Shown: piece by piece, positions 36,491 to 50,264 of the stretch
Position numbering within the stretch: the first letter of the stretch is position 1
How the letters are laid out: every line of letters starts with the position of its first letter
NCBI RefSeq assembly: GCF_004010195.1
Contig: NC_057712.1
Span: 78,015,929 to 78,079,928 of the forward strand
Direction of reading: 5' to 3'
Length of the DNA: 64,000 bases
From: Chiloscyllium plagiosum
Lineage: Eukaryota
Notes under the pieces: model-generated
Told to the model about the DNA's origin: nothing
Database searches by the model: none
What the model saw: the letters and a program-made list of their open reading frames with translations, nothing else
Program-made: the position numbers and the translations under genes

Positions 36491-37063
36491 GTATGTGTGT
36501 GATGTCCAGTGAGGCTTCATAGTCACATTTTGCAAGAGTTCCAGAGATCGACGTGAAATGCTCAGGAGTAAACATTGAGAATTTACAGGAATTATCTTTC
36601 ATTATTACCCTTAATACCACCCAATTTTTCTCATCAATATGCAGGTTGCTATTCTACCATGTGCCAGACGGAATCCAGGTGCCAAGAATTCCTGACATGC
36701 AAGCCAGAGTGAGTGCCTTGAAACTCTTGCAATTCCTGATCATCATCTTGAAGATCAAGGTCATGGGAACACTCCATAGCCAGAAATCACATGCATAAAT
36801 CATCAATGAACATTGCCATCTGACATATGCTAGCCTCTCTGCACCTCCATGATATATCTCTGATCTACTTGCTGTACTCTTCTGTGCTGTTAAGCCGCAC
36901 TTTACAGCCCACTGGCAACTTTCATTGATAAATAAGGATGCAGGATCCGGCACCCATGGATTGGACCAGTCTGCATCTCAGGGCTGCTCACTTGCTCTCA
37001 TAATGTTCTTTCACTTAACCACACCTGGATGACAATAGCATTCCTGCCTTGCCTTTGCCTTTG

Positions 37064-37532
37064 TGTTGAAGAAATTCCCTGGACTCGAGCTTTGAGCATT
37101 GACAAACTTTATTGCATGATATTGTGGGAAGCACACCATTCCTTAGTATGGTCAAGTGTATCTCCAAAACACTCCAGATTCGCCTTGGATTTATATAGTC
37201 TGAGCTGACAGTTGCTCAATCAGAAACAGAACCACAAGCTGGTCAGTAGATGGCCTACGTGAACATATACGAGGCAGAGGTCTGCCTTCCCAAGACAATA
37301 CATAATGAGCTATTGTTCTCAGACCTAGAGTCAATGCACACTCCAGATACAACATTCACCCATTGATAACTTTTGGCTGTGTTGTGCTTTCTACAGATAA
37401 GCAATTCATGAGTTATGTGATAAAAGCAGAATTTATGTGGTTGTTACAGCATGTTCGAACAGGCGAGGGTCACCCAGGGTAAGGGACCAAGCCAGGCAAG
37501 AGCAACACCATGACTGAAAAACAGCTTCCACA
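37064..37532 (-). mobile_element. Solo LTR
   Basis: TG...CA termini with short inverted ends (tgttgaag / cttccaca); 5-bp TSD with one mismatch (ctttg / cttcg); minus-strand AATAAA near 37110; splits a repeat that is uninterrupted at 33830-33990. Confidence 0.7.
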
Positions 37533-37734
37533 CTTCGCCTTTTGTTTTCTTGCCTGTCAGCCAGAGCTTAAAGACTCCCAGGATTGCTGCATTGTCTTTC
37601 CACTTAGCACAGGTACAAAGCCAGATAGCTTGCAATGCTTGCTAGCAATCATCACTAAAGGCGATGCTGTATGGCCCATTATTGCATCAGTCTCACACGT
37701 GATCCATATGGCAGCAGCTTATATGGCAAACACA

Positions 37735-38085
37735 TCGAACATAGAATAGTACAGCACAGTACTAGCCCTTCAGCCCTCAATGTTGTGCCAGCCTTCTATC
37801 ATACTCTAAGATCAGATTAACATTCATACCCTTCATTGTACTAACTTCCATGTGCCTATCCAAGAGTCATTTAAATGTCCCTAATGTATCTGACTCTACT
37901 AACACTGCTGGCAGTGTATTCCATGCACGCGTCATTCTCTGAGTAAAAAACCTACCTCTGACTTCTCCCCTAAACCTTCCTCCAATTACCTTAAAATTAT
38001 GTCCCCTCGTGATAGACATTTCCGCCATGGGAAAAGGTCTCTGCCGATCCATTTTACTTATGCCTCTCAACATCTTGTGTGCATT
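37735..38085 (-). mobile_element. CR1 3' end
   Basis: ORF 37867-38073 TRGHNFKVIGGRFRGEVRGRFFTQR. Confidence 0.9.
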
Positions 38086-40984
38086 GCATGAGCTACAAAT
38101 AACACTTGTGCATCAAAATCTATGAGGAGTAGTACTCACTAAAAGTTCATAAGGCACACATCAGTCCAGAGCCTTGGGCAGAGTCAGGTGTCCATTTTGG
38201 GCAGTTATATCAGGGAGCCTGTACCTGTATATTCTGGGCAGTGGGCCATGTTCACCTGTGGGTCCAGTATAGGAGCATAGTCAGGGAGCTATACAGCTAT
38301 GTCAGGGATCAGGTCAATCATCATTCCGAGCAGTTCAGCTCAGTCAGTGGACTACAGACATTCCGGGAGATGCATCCACTAAAGTCAAAGGGGGGTCTGT
38401 TAGTAGAACATGAATCAGATGAGTTTGGAATGATCGCCTGAGAAATATCGCTGGGTCTGTGGAGAGAAACCCTCCATGAAACGCGACAATAATGACATTT
38501 AGACAAAAATCGTTAAGATTTAGTCCATTAGTGTTTTTTGTCTAGACAGTTGCTCAATATAACTTCTGGAATCACCTCCTGTCACCCATAGCCTTTAGTG
38601 ATTGTCCTAACACTATGAAAATCTGTAGAAGGAGATCAGATTGCCTTGCTCATTCCCATACATTTACTATGTTGTCAATATCCCATTAAAATTAATTGCA
38701 GCCAATCATCAGGTTCAGAATTCAATTACAATCGTGGCTTCATGAATAATTTGAAGCTGAGTTCTACACTTTCGAACCTATGGTATTCCCCTCCCTCTCC
38801 CAAACAGTCACTTGGCCCCTTTACCATCCCCCAGCTGAAGAATGGTATCTGCCATGACCGTTTATTGCATTACATTTTTCTAGCCAGACTTTTAATATTG
38901 AAATCAATTGGGCTTGATAGAGAGCAATTAACTGAGACATAAAACCTATTTCATAGAGCAAAACTTATTCAAATTATAGTTTTTTACATAGGGAACATTT
39001 GAGCAGCAGTAAAATGGCCAAATGAAATTTGGGTCATGTAATATATAACTGCAATAAGAGCAGGAGATGGGTTTACAGTTACAACTCTGGCAATCAAATC
39101 ACAGACTTCAATTTTTTAAAAAATTTGCATTTAAAAGTACCTTTATCAACTTACAATTTTTTGATTTATTGTAAATACTATATTCATATCCAAAAAAAAT
39201 CTCATGGAATCATAACCGATGAAAATGGTGTCCAAATTTTGCTAAAGTCTTGACCTAGTCAAATGTTCTTAGTAAGCTAAAACCATTAGTTGAGAGTGTG
39301 CTGAACATAGTCTTAATCAATTACTGTTCAAGCCGATCGTTCATTATAATAAGTCCCCATTTATAAGCGATACAGGAAGTTGGTTATTAATTGTCCATAA
39401 CAACCATTCATGACATAATCTAAAAAGCAGACCTTGTATTGCGTACTTTGCATTTTTTAATTCTTTCATAGGAAAGGACAATGACTGATAAAACCACCAT
39501 CCTTAAGACAATTGTGGTGAGCTGCTTTCTTGAATCAACACAGTCTGTCTGGTGTAGGTCTACACAGGATCTCATGCAGATGGCCTTCTAGCCCTTTTTT
39601 AATGGAAGGAGGGAACTCTGCATTTCTGAGAGGAGATTCCAATGAGGGTTTCTTTGGGAAGTGCAAAGCCAGACTTCCAGTCTGACAGTGCTTCCATTGT
39701 GCAGATCTGTCAGGGGCAAGCAAACCACATCCCTTTACACAACAGTTAGCTGCACTATTCTGGAATTTAAATCTCAAGGCAGCCTGCTGTTAGATGTTAA
39801 GTGCAAATAGTAAGGGTGATGTTAAGGTGCTGGGAGAGTAGGATGCCAGATGGGTAGAGGGAATGGTGCCAGGTAAGTGGAATTATAGGTCAGTAGGATT
39901 GCAGGATGTCAGTAAACTGGCATTCCAGCTTGGGATGGATCCAGATGGGTCATGGACTGGGTGCCATTGGTATAGGGTTAGCTGTTAGGTAAGCCAGGTA
40001 GGTATGGGTCAGGTATGTAAGGTGCCAACTGTGGTGTAGGGTGCTGGGGTGTGATGCCTAATCGGTAAAGGTATGGGCTGCCTGGTAGGAGACTGGGTGC
40101 CAGGAAGCAAGGGAAATGTGTGTGAAGTAAGCAGAGTGCTGAGATGTAAGGCAACAAAGGAGCCATGTAAGTGGTAGGTCACGATAGGTGGAAGAAATTA
40201 GATCCAACGTGAGCTGGTTCCAGTCTGATGACTGGTGGTCAGTTTGGGTCAGGCCAGGAGGAAGGGGTGAAGGGCCAAGGTGCGGGCTCAGGTTGTGTCC
40301 AGTGTGAGGGGATGGAAATGTTGGTGGAGTCCAGCAGCGAGCATGGGTGAGGGGTGGGGAGCAGGTCCTGGGAGAGTGCAGACTGTCAGGTTAGGGTCTG
40401 GGGATATAAGGACTCTGGGGAAAGTATAGTTGAAGTTGTGTGGAACTTCCAATGAATTGTTACTCAGTTGAAAGACTGTGCAGTTGATCCTGAGGGTTCC
40501 AGGCACTGGGGAATTGCTGAGCAGAAATCTTCAATTTTCTAGATAATTCCTTCATATACTGCCACAATGGGGATTCCACCGTGTCACCATGAGTAAATCC
40601 TATGTATGCTGGAATTGTGACTGTCTCTCACCATTGCAAAATCCAGGCCAGAATTCCAAGTCAGGATGGCTTGTAACATGCAGAAGAAATTGGAAGTGGT
40701 GGTATTTCAGTGCATCTGCAGCTCATGTCCATCAAAGCAGTGAGACTCTCAGCTCACATGCATTCCCAAGTATAATTGCTACAGTTGTGCATTCAGTTAA
40801 CCTGATCCCAAGATCTGAAATTCCCTCCCTACATCTCTCTACCTTGTTTCTCTTAATAGGGAATGAAGTTCCTCTTTCTTACACTCAAAAACAAAATTTA
40901 TAACTTGGCTCCTTCCTTCTAATTTAGTTAAATATATTTTAATTGAAATGTGATCAGGTTTAAGGTATTCAATCAAGTGGACAT

Positions 40985-41515
40985 TTTTGTCCTGAAATGT
41001 ATTCATCCTTTGGAGCCACATTCATCCATTCCTGCCTTGTGCTTTGTAGACAGGCTTTGGTGAGTCAGGAGGTGAGTTATGCAACACAGAATTGCCAACC
41101 TCTCACCTGCTTTTGTAGCCAATGTATTTATATGGTTGGTACAGTTCAATTTCTGGTCGAGAATGACTTCCCAGGATGTTGGTAGTGAGCTATTTACTGA
41201 TAATAACGTGATTAGACATCAAGAGATAGTGGTTCAATTCTCTCTTGTTGGAGATGCTAATTACCTGACCCTTGTGTGGCATGAATGTTACTTGCCACAT
41301 ACCAGCCCAAGCCTGTCTGTTGTCCAGATCTTGCTGCATTTGAATATGGACTGTGTCAGTAACAGAGGAGTCACAAATAGTGATGAACCCTGTGCAATCA
41401 TCAGCAAACATTCCTACTTCTCATTTTTCGATACAGGGGAATTATTTATGAAGTAGCTGAAGTTATTTGGACCTAGGACAGCACCCTGAGGAACTCCTGC
41501 TGAATGCCCCATGAC
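40985..41515 (-). mobile_element. L2/CR1-group LINE RT fragment
   Basis: MFADDCT...QMQQDLDNRQAWAGMWQVTFMPHK. Confidence 0.85.
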
Positions 41516-41857
41516 TGTACCATATATTATTGTCTTAATGACCTAAACTAAGACATACAAGACATAATTTCAAAGTTTGCCAGTAATTCCAAATGTGAAA
41601 ATGTGATAAACAATGCAGAGAATAGTAATTGCTTTTGGATGATATGGACATGGCAGACACAATTCAATGAAATGTATCATTGGTAAGAAAGATAACGAAA
41701 AGGAATATAATTTAAATGGTCCAAATAAAGGCAAGCAGGAGCTATGAAACCCATGAATGTGCATATACAAACCTGCAAAGGTGCTAGGACAATTTAAAAT
41801 GAAGTTTAAAAAAAAACACATGGCTTTATAACTAATGATGTAGGACTGGGTTTTATG

Positions 41858-41937
41858 GAGTCAATAAAATGTGGATCTGGAAAAAGCACAGCAGGTCAGA
41901 GGAGCAGGAGAGTCAACGTTTTGGGCAGGACCCTTCC
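41858..41937 (-). mobile_element. Short PLE pLTR fragment
   Basis: ctggaaaaagcacagcaggtcagaggagcaggagagtcaacgttttgggcaggacccttc. Confidence 0.7.
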
Positions 41938-42090
41938 TGGGTTTTATGGAGGCATTGTGGATCTCAGTGTCTGGCTGGAAAACCAGTGAGAGACCTGTGC
42001 AGCTTTCTCCAGCAGGACCCATCAGTACTGATTGCTGTTCAATAGATGCCTGATAACCCTTTCTTGAAATCAAGAACTCTCCCACCCCAG

Positions 42091-42831
42091 TGTTACAACA
42101 CAGCAGCGAACCCTTCTGAAAGTTAAACTAAACACCAGAAAAGCTCACCTCGCCTCATAATCTGTTAAAGTATGAGCGACAAAGAACTCCCAAATTCTAT
42201 TCCTTAAAGAAAAAATATCAATTTATTCTTAACTCTAAAGTGAACATTAAACAACAACTATTTACAACTCGAAGCCTGCTTTCCAGTTTGCTATCTACCT
42301 CTAACTCCATAACAATATACTGATCCAATAAAAGCCAGCGTTAAATTTACTTCAATTAAATTTCAAAACCACACAACAGCTGTCGTCATGGTGACTGTCT
42401 TCCTCTGGCTGTAGATCTCGTTGGGTCATCTTCGGTCTTTTTCTACAAAGATGTTTCATATGAAAAAGGCACCTTTCATAGAGAGTGTTTTGCTGGCTGT
42501 TACTCAGTCGATGGCAGTTGGTATCTCTGGCTAACTCTCAAAATGCCTGCTTCTTTATACCCCATACATTTGATCATTTCATTGGTTCAATGTGGGCAAA
42601 ACTGTATATTCTAAATCAATTAGGTTTTAGTATCCTGGGGCATAATTTAAACTGACTGGTTAAATTCAAATGGTTGTCAACATTGCAACCAAAACTCAGG
42701 TATTTGTTTCACAGCCCAATGTTACATATTTTCAAGTTTCCAGTAAACTCTGTGACTGCTGGTCAGTCACATGACAAGTACCTGCAACCTCTCAGTGCGA
42801 AATAGCTTTCACTCTCTCTTAAAGGTACACA
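42091..42831 (-). mobile_element. Probable LTR (solo, one end truncated)
   Basis: Starts tgttaca; minus-strand AATAAA (tttatt near 42222) and TATA-like tttata near 42555; no TSD found. Confidence 0.45.
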
Positions 42832-42834
42832 AGG

Positions 42835-43210
42835 ATGAATGTCCTGCCTTCTGAGAGCAGCCATGTATTTAGCATCTACAACGCACCGCAGAAATTCTCC
42901 AAGGCTTCTTAGACAGTACCTTCCAAGTACAGAATCATCACCATCTAGAATGAAAGAGGCAGCACATACAAGGAAATGCCATCAACTCCAAGTTCCCTTC
43001 CAAGCCATTTGTCATCCTGACTTGGAAATATATCACCATTCCTTCACGGATGCTGGGTCCAAATCCTGGATGTCCCTCCCTAACAGCATTGTGGATGTGA
43101 ACTGCAGTAATTCAAGAAGGTAGCTCACCACCACCTTCTTAAGGGCAACTGAGGATGGGTAACAAATGTTGGCCTATTTCACTTGAGGGCTCACTTCAAT
43201 AAATGAATTA
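42835..43210 (+). mobile_element. L2/CR1-group LINE 3' end
   Basis: Homologous to 33560-33815. Confidence 0.75.
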
Positions 43211-43688
43211 ATACAAAGAGAGCTATTGCTTCCACTCATTGAAGAGCTGGTTACCACACAGATTTTGGTAAAAGAAGCAAAGGAAAATAAGAAGATATTG
43301 CTGTACACAAAGGGTTGTTGTGTGCATGCCTGAAACAGATTCATTCATAACATTGAGAAGAGCATTGATTAACTACCTGATGGGGAGAAACTTGCAGGGA
43401 AACAGGTGAATGGTGGGAGGTTGGGTAGGTGGGGAGCAGTGTTTACTGGAGTTAAGTGGATATGTTCATGAAGGAACCAATAAAAACACAGTTGGCTATA
43501 TTGGCTTTTTCTGAGCTGTAGTCTAAGACTACATATATTTCTTTACACATCTCCAAGTCAAAATACATTGTAGGTGGTGCAACCTATTTTCTAGAACTTA
43601 ACTGCCCCCACTTCCAAAAGTTCCTTTTGAATTAGAAGCAGCAAAGACATGCAAGGCTGGAGAAAAGAATTTTGCAGCAGGAATAAAT

Positions 43689-43996
43689 TTAGATTAGATT
43701 AGATTACTTGCAGTGTGGAAACAGGCCTTTTGGCCCAACAAGTCCACACCAACCCTCCGAAGAGCAACCCACACAGACCCACTCCCATACATTTACCCCT
43801 TCACCTAACACTACAGGCAATTTAGCATGGCCAATTCATCTAACCTGCACATCTTTGGACTGTGGAAGGAAACCGGAGCACCCGGAGGAAACCCAAGCAG
43901 ACACGGGGAGAATGTGAAAACTCCACACAGATAGTTGCCCGAGGTGGATTTGAACCTGGGTCTCTGGCGCTGTGAGGCAGCAGTGCTAACCACTGT
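43689..43996 (-). mobile_element. HE1/V-SINE-like SINE
   Basis: Family match; (ttaga)n tail. Confidence 0.9.
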
Positions 43997-44942
43997 TTAC
44001 TATTATATTCCGATATTGTTAAGTCCAAGCCCAGTTGGAATGGACACAAATGTGAAAATGATAACGTTGCTCTGAGAACAACGGCTGACGGTTTGAAGAT
44101 ATTCAAGTGGAAGTGTAAAGTTTGCACACAATTTTCATGATCAATCTCGTGACCATTATTTTATATGTAACTTTCAAAAGAATTAAAGAACAGGTAATCA
44201 GAGAAGCAGAAAATTATGTGCACATATATAGAACTTAAAGGATAAGGAATGATTTAGTTGCAATTGTGGAACTAAAGTCTGAAGGCCTTTAAAGATGTCT
44301 CAACTCATTAAAGACACTTCCAGGGCTGAAGTGATAGGGACCTAAAAAGGGCCAGATGAAAATGTCAAGAAACAACACTCAAGGTGGAAACATGTGTCAG
44401 CAACCTTAATTTATTTGGCAGCAACTGAAGGAAGGATGATATTGTGTATAAGGGAGGCTGCCTTCCTCTCCACTGACTCCACCATTCACATTTTCAAACA
44501 GGTTGAGCCAGGGGCTGGACTTTTGGTAGGGAGGGAGTTATATGCCTCTTTGCTGTAACCCTGCCCAACTACATGTGTTGGTCAGATACACCAGCTAAGT
44601 GGCCAGGTGTCTGCCAGTCATTTTAGTCTGAAAGCAGAATTAATTATATAATAATTATTTAAGGTTGAAACTTCTTGTATGGGAGAAAGTCTCCCAACTT
44701 AGAAAGCTGCCTTCCAATTATATTATAATATGTACACCCAGCAAAGCTAGATTTGAGTGATGACCACTGCTAGATTACCACTGGTGCCTGAAGAAGCAGA
44801 GGTTATGGAGCCAGACTCAAGGCAATCACAAGCACTATTAAGATGATTTGGGGTGTTGTAAAAGCTAGTCATTACCTGAAATGGTTAAATTATATCACAT
44901 GATAAGCTTCATACATCAGATATAAAGGACTTTTGCTGCAAG

Positions 44943-46033
44943 GAATTAGCCATTTGTTATGTAGGGCTAAGTTCTATGTAGCTACTCCATCTCACTTGTA
45001 ACCAGCGGTTTCACAAGAGACTGTTATATAAACCAGATGTAATGCAATAAGTTATTCTATAGTATGTAGTAAACCTGCTCTGTTTATCAAGATTGAGCCT
45101 ATCTTCCACTAACGCGACATGGATATCCTTCCTGACTTGGTATCAGTAACTTAGACTATTACCATTGGATGCACCAAAGGCATCTCAGAGGCTCCAGTAG
45201 ACATAATCACATATATACAATTGGGGCTAAATGCTGTTGGGTTGCCCACTTAGCGTTGGCTTCCCCTGCAACGCATAAGAAAGCGGTGGAGGCAGTATTA
45301 GGCTAAAATTAAAGGGTTTAAGGCCCAAGCGAAGGCAAGCAATCTCCCCATTCATTGTAAAATGAGAGACAAATTGAAGGTGGAGAGGAAGGCAGTGTAT
45401 TTTAGAGCCCACTTTGCTGAGTTATTGCTTTGAGAGCTGAGTATGCCAATAACCCAAGTACCAGGACTGTACCATGTGAACAGTGCTATGATACTTCCAG
45501 GGAACAACGTGCTAGAGGAAATTTATGTAAATACATTGCTTTGAAATTGTAAGTTATCAGCTGACTATTTTTCTGTTCAACAAATCCTCCTAGCATTTTC
45601 CAGTAAACAGCACAGATGTCACTTACCAATCCAGTATGAGACTTAATGAAAACAGCACAAGGAAATGATGCACTCTGCTTCAATGGGAGTGCTGTAAAAT
45701 CCTAGCTCCAAGTTTCAGGACATAGCTGATTTTATTAGTCACCTGGCAATAAATAACTCTGTCAGCTGACTCAGAGCCTGAGGAAGCAATTTCCCCTCAG
45801 ACATTGCCAAGTAAAGATGACAAGGCCTGAAAATATGAATGCTGCCATGTTGTAAGGTGTGGCTAATTTCAACTAATTGTCAGGTATGCATTTTTTTTCA
45901 GAGATGATTCTTACTGTGATTGAGGAAGGTAGGAGTGAACATCATAGTTAATCATACAATCACTATTCTAATAATGTAATGAGGTTTACTATTCAAGCTT
46001 CCCATCCCCAGCAGCACTATTTGTCTCCTTAAG
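44943..46033 (+). pseudogene. Dynein HC-like exons, AAA6 small subdomain / start of C-terminal domain
   Basis: ELAICYVGLSSM*LL...STNATWISFLTW resembles LLFGLCFFHA...GVSWSTVRY. SMPITQVPGLYHVNSAM resembles SLPLVDSPEVFGLHPNAEI. Separate 132-nt exon 45902-46033 (ttttttttcag| ... aag|gtgagg). Confidence 0.5.
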
Positions 46034-46614
46034 GTGAGGTATTCCTGAGTAATTGACAACTGAGCTACATTCATCTCTCAATAAATCTGAGTTGATTGTC
46101 ATTTTTTGTAGGCTGTTTTCTACTTTCAAAAACTTGGCATACAACAATTTTTTCAGGGAAAGCTATTAGCCTCTTGCAGCAAAGCAAGTCAAAATAAAAA
46201 TAACTTGTATCACAATGGATGCAATGCCATGAACAAAACACCAATGTAAATATTAAGAAACTTGCAGCTTCCTTTTGTTTTATTTATTAATTAAATGTGA
46301 GATCCCCCTTAAGTGGTGGCACGTTGCCATCTTGAACCACTGCAGTCCATTTCTTGATGTAGGTAAACCCACAATGCTGTCAAGGTGGCAGGTCTAGAAT
46401 TTTCGCCAAATAATACTGAAGGAATGGGAATATGTTTCCAAGTCAGGATGGTGAGTGATTTGGAGGTGCACTTCCAAGTGGTGATATTTCCATGCAATAG
46501 CTGCCCTTCTCCTTCCAGATGGTCTGGTGATTGGAAGGTGCTTCAGTGAATATCTGCAGTGCGCGTTGTAGGTGGTGTGCGTTCCTCTGTGTTGCTGGTG
46601 GAGAGTGGAATATA

Positions 46615-46766
46615 CAGAGAAATTTTGATTATCCGAAAGACACAGTTAATCAAATTCCGGATATTCAAATGCTGGATAACAGTTTAGCCAAGCATCAGGA
46701 ACTTGCAATATTGCCGGATAATCCAATATTTGGATAATCAAATGACAGATAATTGAGGTTACTCTG
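46615..46766. mobile_element. Tc1/mariner (pogo/Tigger-like) MITE
   Basis: TA on both sides; TIR cagagaaattttgattatc versus cagagtaacctcaattatc; internal ggataa repeats. Confidence 0.75.
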
Positions 46767-47658
46767 TATATGGATGTGATGCCAATCCAGCAGGCTGCTT
46801 TGTCCTAGATGGTATCATACTTCTTGAGTGTTGTCAGAGCTGCACTCATCCAGGCAAATGCAGATGGAGATTGCCAGGCATTTAGGTGGTGTGAATGTTA
46901 CATGACAATTGTCAGCTCAAGCCTAGCTATTGTCTAGATCTTGCTGTATTTGGATGTGGACTGCTTCAGTATCTGAGAAATTGTGAATTGTGCTGAACCT
47001 TGTGTAATCATCAGCAAACATCCCCAGTTCTCACTGAATGATCAAGAAAAAGTAATTGATGAAGCAGCTGAAGATGGTTTGGCCTGGGATACTGTTGTAT
47101 GGATCGCCTGCAGTGATGACCCAGATCTGATGGCTGACAATAATACACACGGCCACCTTCCTTTGTGTTAGGTATGGCTCCAATTCAGCAGAGGGTTTAT
47201 CCCCAGTTGCTGCTGAGCCTAGTTCTATAGAAGCTCCTCGATGCTTCACTCAGTCAAACACAGACATTCTCATTTCCCTCTTGAATTTCAGCTAGCTTGT
47301 CCATGTTTGAATGAAGGATGTATTGAGATTTGGAGCTGAGTGGCCTCTGATGAACCCCAACGAAGTGAACAGGTTATGACTAAGCAAGTGCTGCTTGATA
47401 GTGTTGTGAATCAAGGGTAGCCTGATGAGATAATAATTGACCAGGTTGTTGTCCTGCTTTTTGTATACAAGACACAGCCAGGTGATTTTCAATATTGTCA
47501 GGTAAATGCTAGTGTTGTAATTGTACTGGAACAGTTTGGCTCGGGGTGCAGCACAGACTAAAATAGTATTACCGAAACATTGTGGGCTCAAAAGGTTTTA
47601 CAATATTCAATCCCTTCAGTCATTTGTTGATATCACATGAAGTGAATCAAGGTGACTG

Positions 47659-47787
47659 AAGACTGGCTCCACGTGGCTGTTGACGTCTTGGCAGAGTGGC
47701 AGAGATTGATTGCCGCCGCGATATTAACCGCCACAAGACTGGCTCCACGTGGCTGTTGACGTCTTGGCAGAGTGGCAGAGATTGATT
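47659..47787. repeat. Perfect 53-bp direct repeat with 23-bp spacer
   Basis: 47659-47711 is identical to 47735-47787. Confidence 0.9.
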
Positions 47788-48982
47788 ATCCGCTTGGCAC
47801 TTCTGGTTAAAGATTGTCACTAATGCTTCAGACTTACCTTTTGCACTGATGAGCTGGACATCCCCATTGTTGAGGATAGGGATATTTGTGAAGTCTCCTA
47901 CTCCAGTGTCCACCAGCATTCATGACTGAACTGCCAGAGGAAATGATGGAGGCTGGTGCAATTACAACGTTTAAAAGGCATCTGGATGGATTTCTGAATA
48001 GGAAGAGTTTAGCGAAATATGGGCCAAATGCTGGCAAATGGGACTAGATTAATGTAGGATATCTGTTGGCACGGACAAGTTGGACCAAAGAATCTGTTTC
48101 TATGCTATACAGATCTATGACTCTCTATGACTGGATATGACAAGACCACAAATCTCAACATCTCATTTTAAAGTATGCTTGATGTTGCTCTTGGCATGCC
48201 CACCTGTAATCTACATTGAACCAGGATTGATCCATTGGCATCATCGTAATGCAAGAGTGGGGAATATATTAGGCTATTGATTGCAGATTTTGTTCGAGTT
48301 TGATTCTTCTGCTGATGATCCATAGCATCTCATGGATGGCTAGTCTTGAGTTATCAGATCTGTTTGAAGTATATCCCATTTAACACGATGGATATATTAT
48401 GCAGCATAAAGATAAAGATGGGACTTTATTTTGTCAAACACTGGATGGTGATTACACTTAGCAATCCTGTTGTGACAGATGCAGAAGGTGGATTAGTGAG
48501 AATAAGGTCAAGTACATTTTTCCCTCTTCTTGCTTCCCTCACCATTCACCTCTGACCCAGTCTAACAGCTATGACCTTTAGAAATTAGCCAGCTTGACCA
48601 GTGTAAGAGCTGCTAAGCCACTCTTGTTGATGGACATTAAAGCTCCCCCCATCCCGCCAAACAGTGAGTATATTCTACCTGTCACATCTGCTGCGGTGGA
48701 ATTTGAATCCCTATCTCCTGAGCATTACCTGGCTCTCTGAATAGCTAGTACAGTGAAAACATCATTACACCTCCGTCTCCCCAGTGTTGAATATTTCATG
48801 CTAGCTTGTCCAAATTGAAATTGCAATGGTTTTGTATTCTAGCAGCACTGAAACTAAGGCTGGCTAAAATTACTAAAGTATTTCAACTGTGGTTCACTAA
48901 GGAATATAAAATTTAGCCTGATTCCATGTTTACTTTAACAGTACTACTTTTACTATCTTTGCTATTCTGTGCAATGCCCCAG

Positions 48983-49491
48983 CATATGGAGGGTGTATTT
49001 GTGGAAACTGCAGTCTTTTAGAAAGAACAAGAAAAATTAACCAAATATAAAGTGACCACATTTAAGAAAGACAGGCAAAGAAATGGAGGAGAAGCACTTA
49101 GTTTCTTCAGTAGATATCTCCACGCTGTAACTGGGCCTTTATCAATTAATAAGCATTTTGTTTGATCTAACATTCAATTAAATCTGATGCTGAGGCATTA
49201 AAGTATCACTTGATAATGTATATTTCTGCTATATTTGATCTGTATGTTTGGCCAAAACTCTAACACTGCAGCAAGTAAAAAGAGGAAGCCATTGACTGAT
49301 ACATTATTTGGGCTAATTAGGGGTCAAATTGTTTCTTGTTGTTGAAAATCAATAATAAGAAGGTATACAAGCAATACTGGAGAAGATTTAGTCCAACATC
49401 ATTGTGCATTTTTTAATTCAACTGTGGAAATACTCCTTGGAGTTGTGATATGATAACTGCATAGCCAATCCCAATAAAACCAGAACTGCAG
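48983..49491 (+). pseudogene. Dynein HC-like exon(s), C-terminal domain
   Basis: TAVF*KEQEKLTKY resembles NTVLVQEMERFNKL. PLTDTLFGLIRGQIVSCC resembles ELEDVFNSLLVGKVPAMW. Confidence 0.55.
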
Positions 49492-49834
49492 GTCGCTTTA
49501 TTCATATAATAACTTGAGATGTGATGGTTTTATGTTACCCTTTTTCATGGCTTGCTAATTAAATGTGTAAAGAACATTGTAATCTTGGCACTTTCTAAAC
49601 ATGGGGGATTTCTGGTTATTGTGATCTGTAGCACCACCCAATGGTACTCCCTGATACAGCAGTATTGCCCTTAGAAGTACACTGAATAAATGTGTGTAAA
49701 ATTAGAACTCTCCTTCACTTCCCAGCATACAGACCCAAATTGGAAAATGAGTATCCAAAATTAAGTCGATCATACTGTCCTTTGTACACCTGTTCTCTGG
49801 ATTTGAAAAAATTACAATAAAGAGTGAAAATAGA

Positions 49835-49915
49835 TAGACAATAGACAGACAATAGACAATAGGTGCAGGAGTAGGCCATTCAGCCCTTCGAGCCTGCACC
49901 GCCATTCGATATAAT
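49835..49915 (-). mobile_element. Extreme 3' tip of CR1 with gacaata-repeat tail
   Basis: gacaatagac...ggtgcaggagtaggccattcagcccttcgagcctgc. Confidence 0.7.
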
Positions 49916-49956
49916 CATAATCTTGGCACATGAATTGTAACAAACATTAAAATGAA

Positions 49957-50264
49957 TTTAGATTAGATTAGATTACCTACAGTGTGGAAACAGGCCTTGC
50001 AGTCCAACAGGTCCACACCGACCCTCAAAAGAACAACTCACCCAGACCATTTCCCTCTGACTAATGCACCAGGCAATTTAGCATAGCCAATTCACCTAAC
50101 CTGCACATCGTTGGACTGTGGGAGGAAACCGGAGCACCCAGAGGACACAGACACAGGGGGAATGTGCAAACTCCACACAGACAGTCACCCAAGGCTGGAA
50201 TCGAACCTGGGACCCTGTGAGGTGCTGTGAGGCAGCAGTGCAGACCACTGAGCCACCATGCCAC
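49957..50264 (-). mobile_element. HE1/V-SINE-like SINE
   Basis: Family match; (ttaga)n tail. Confidence 0.9.

Larger units (their letters stand above)
46285..48650 (-). mobile_element. Fragmented L2/CR1-group LINE with nested MITE and CR1 3' end (47935-48132, +)
   Basis: Antisense homology to 42835-43150, 41200-41500 and 4200-5070; NIPILNNG...ISAKGKSEA. Confidence 0.75.

Noticed and set aside
39800-40500. G-rich stretch with Pro-rich antisense ORFs
   Set aside because: Low-complexity, degenerate repeat-like sequence; the ORFs are compositional artefacts.
45223-45410. Possible MITE inserted in a dynein-like exon (gggc...gccc ends)
   Set aside because: The terminal match is too short and no TSD was found; it could be exon or intron sequence.
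47659-47787. Repeat-spacer-repeat as a CRISPR array
   Set aside because: Only two 53-bp repeats, eukaryotic context, no cas genes.
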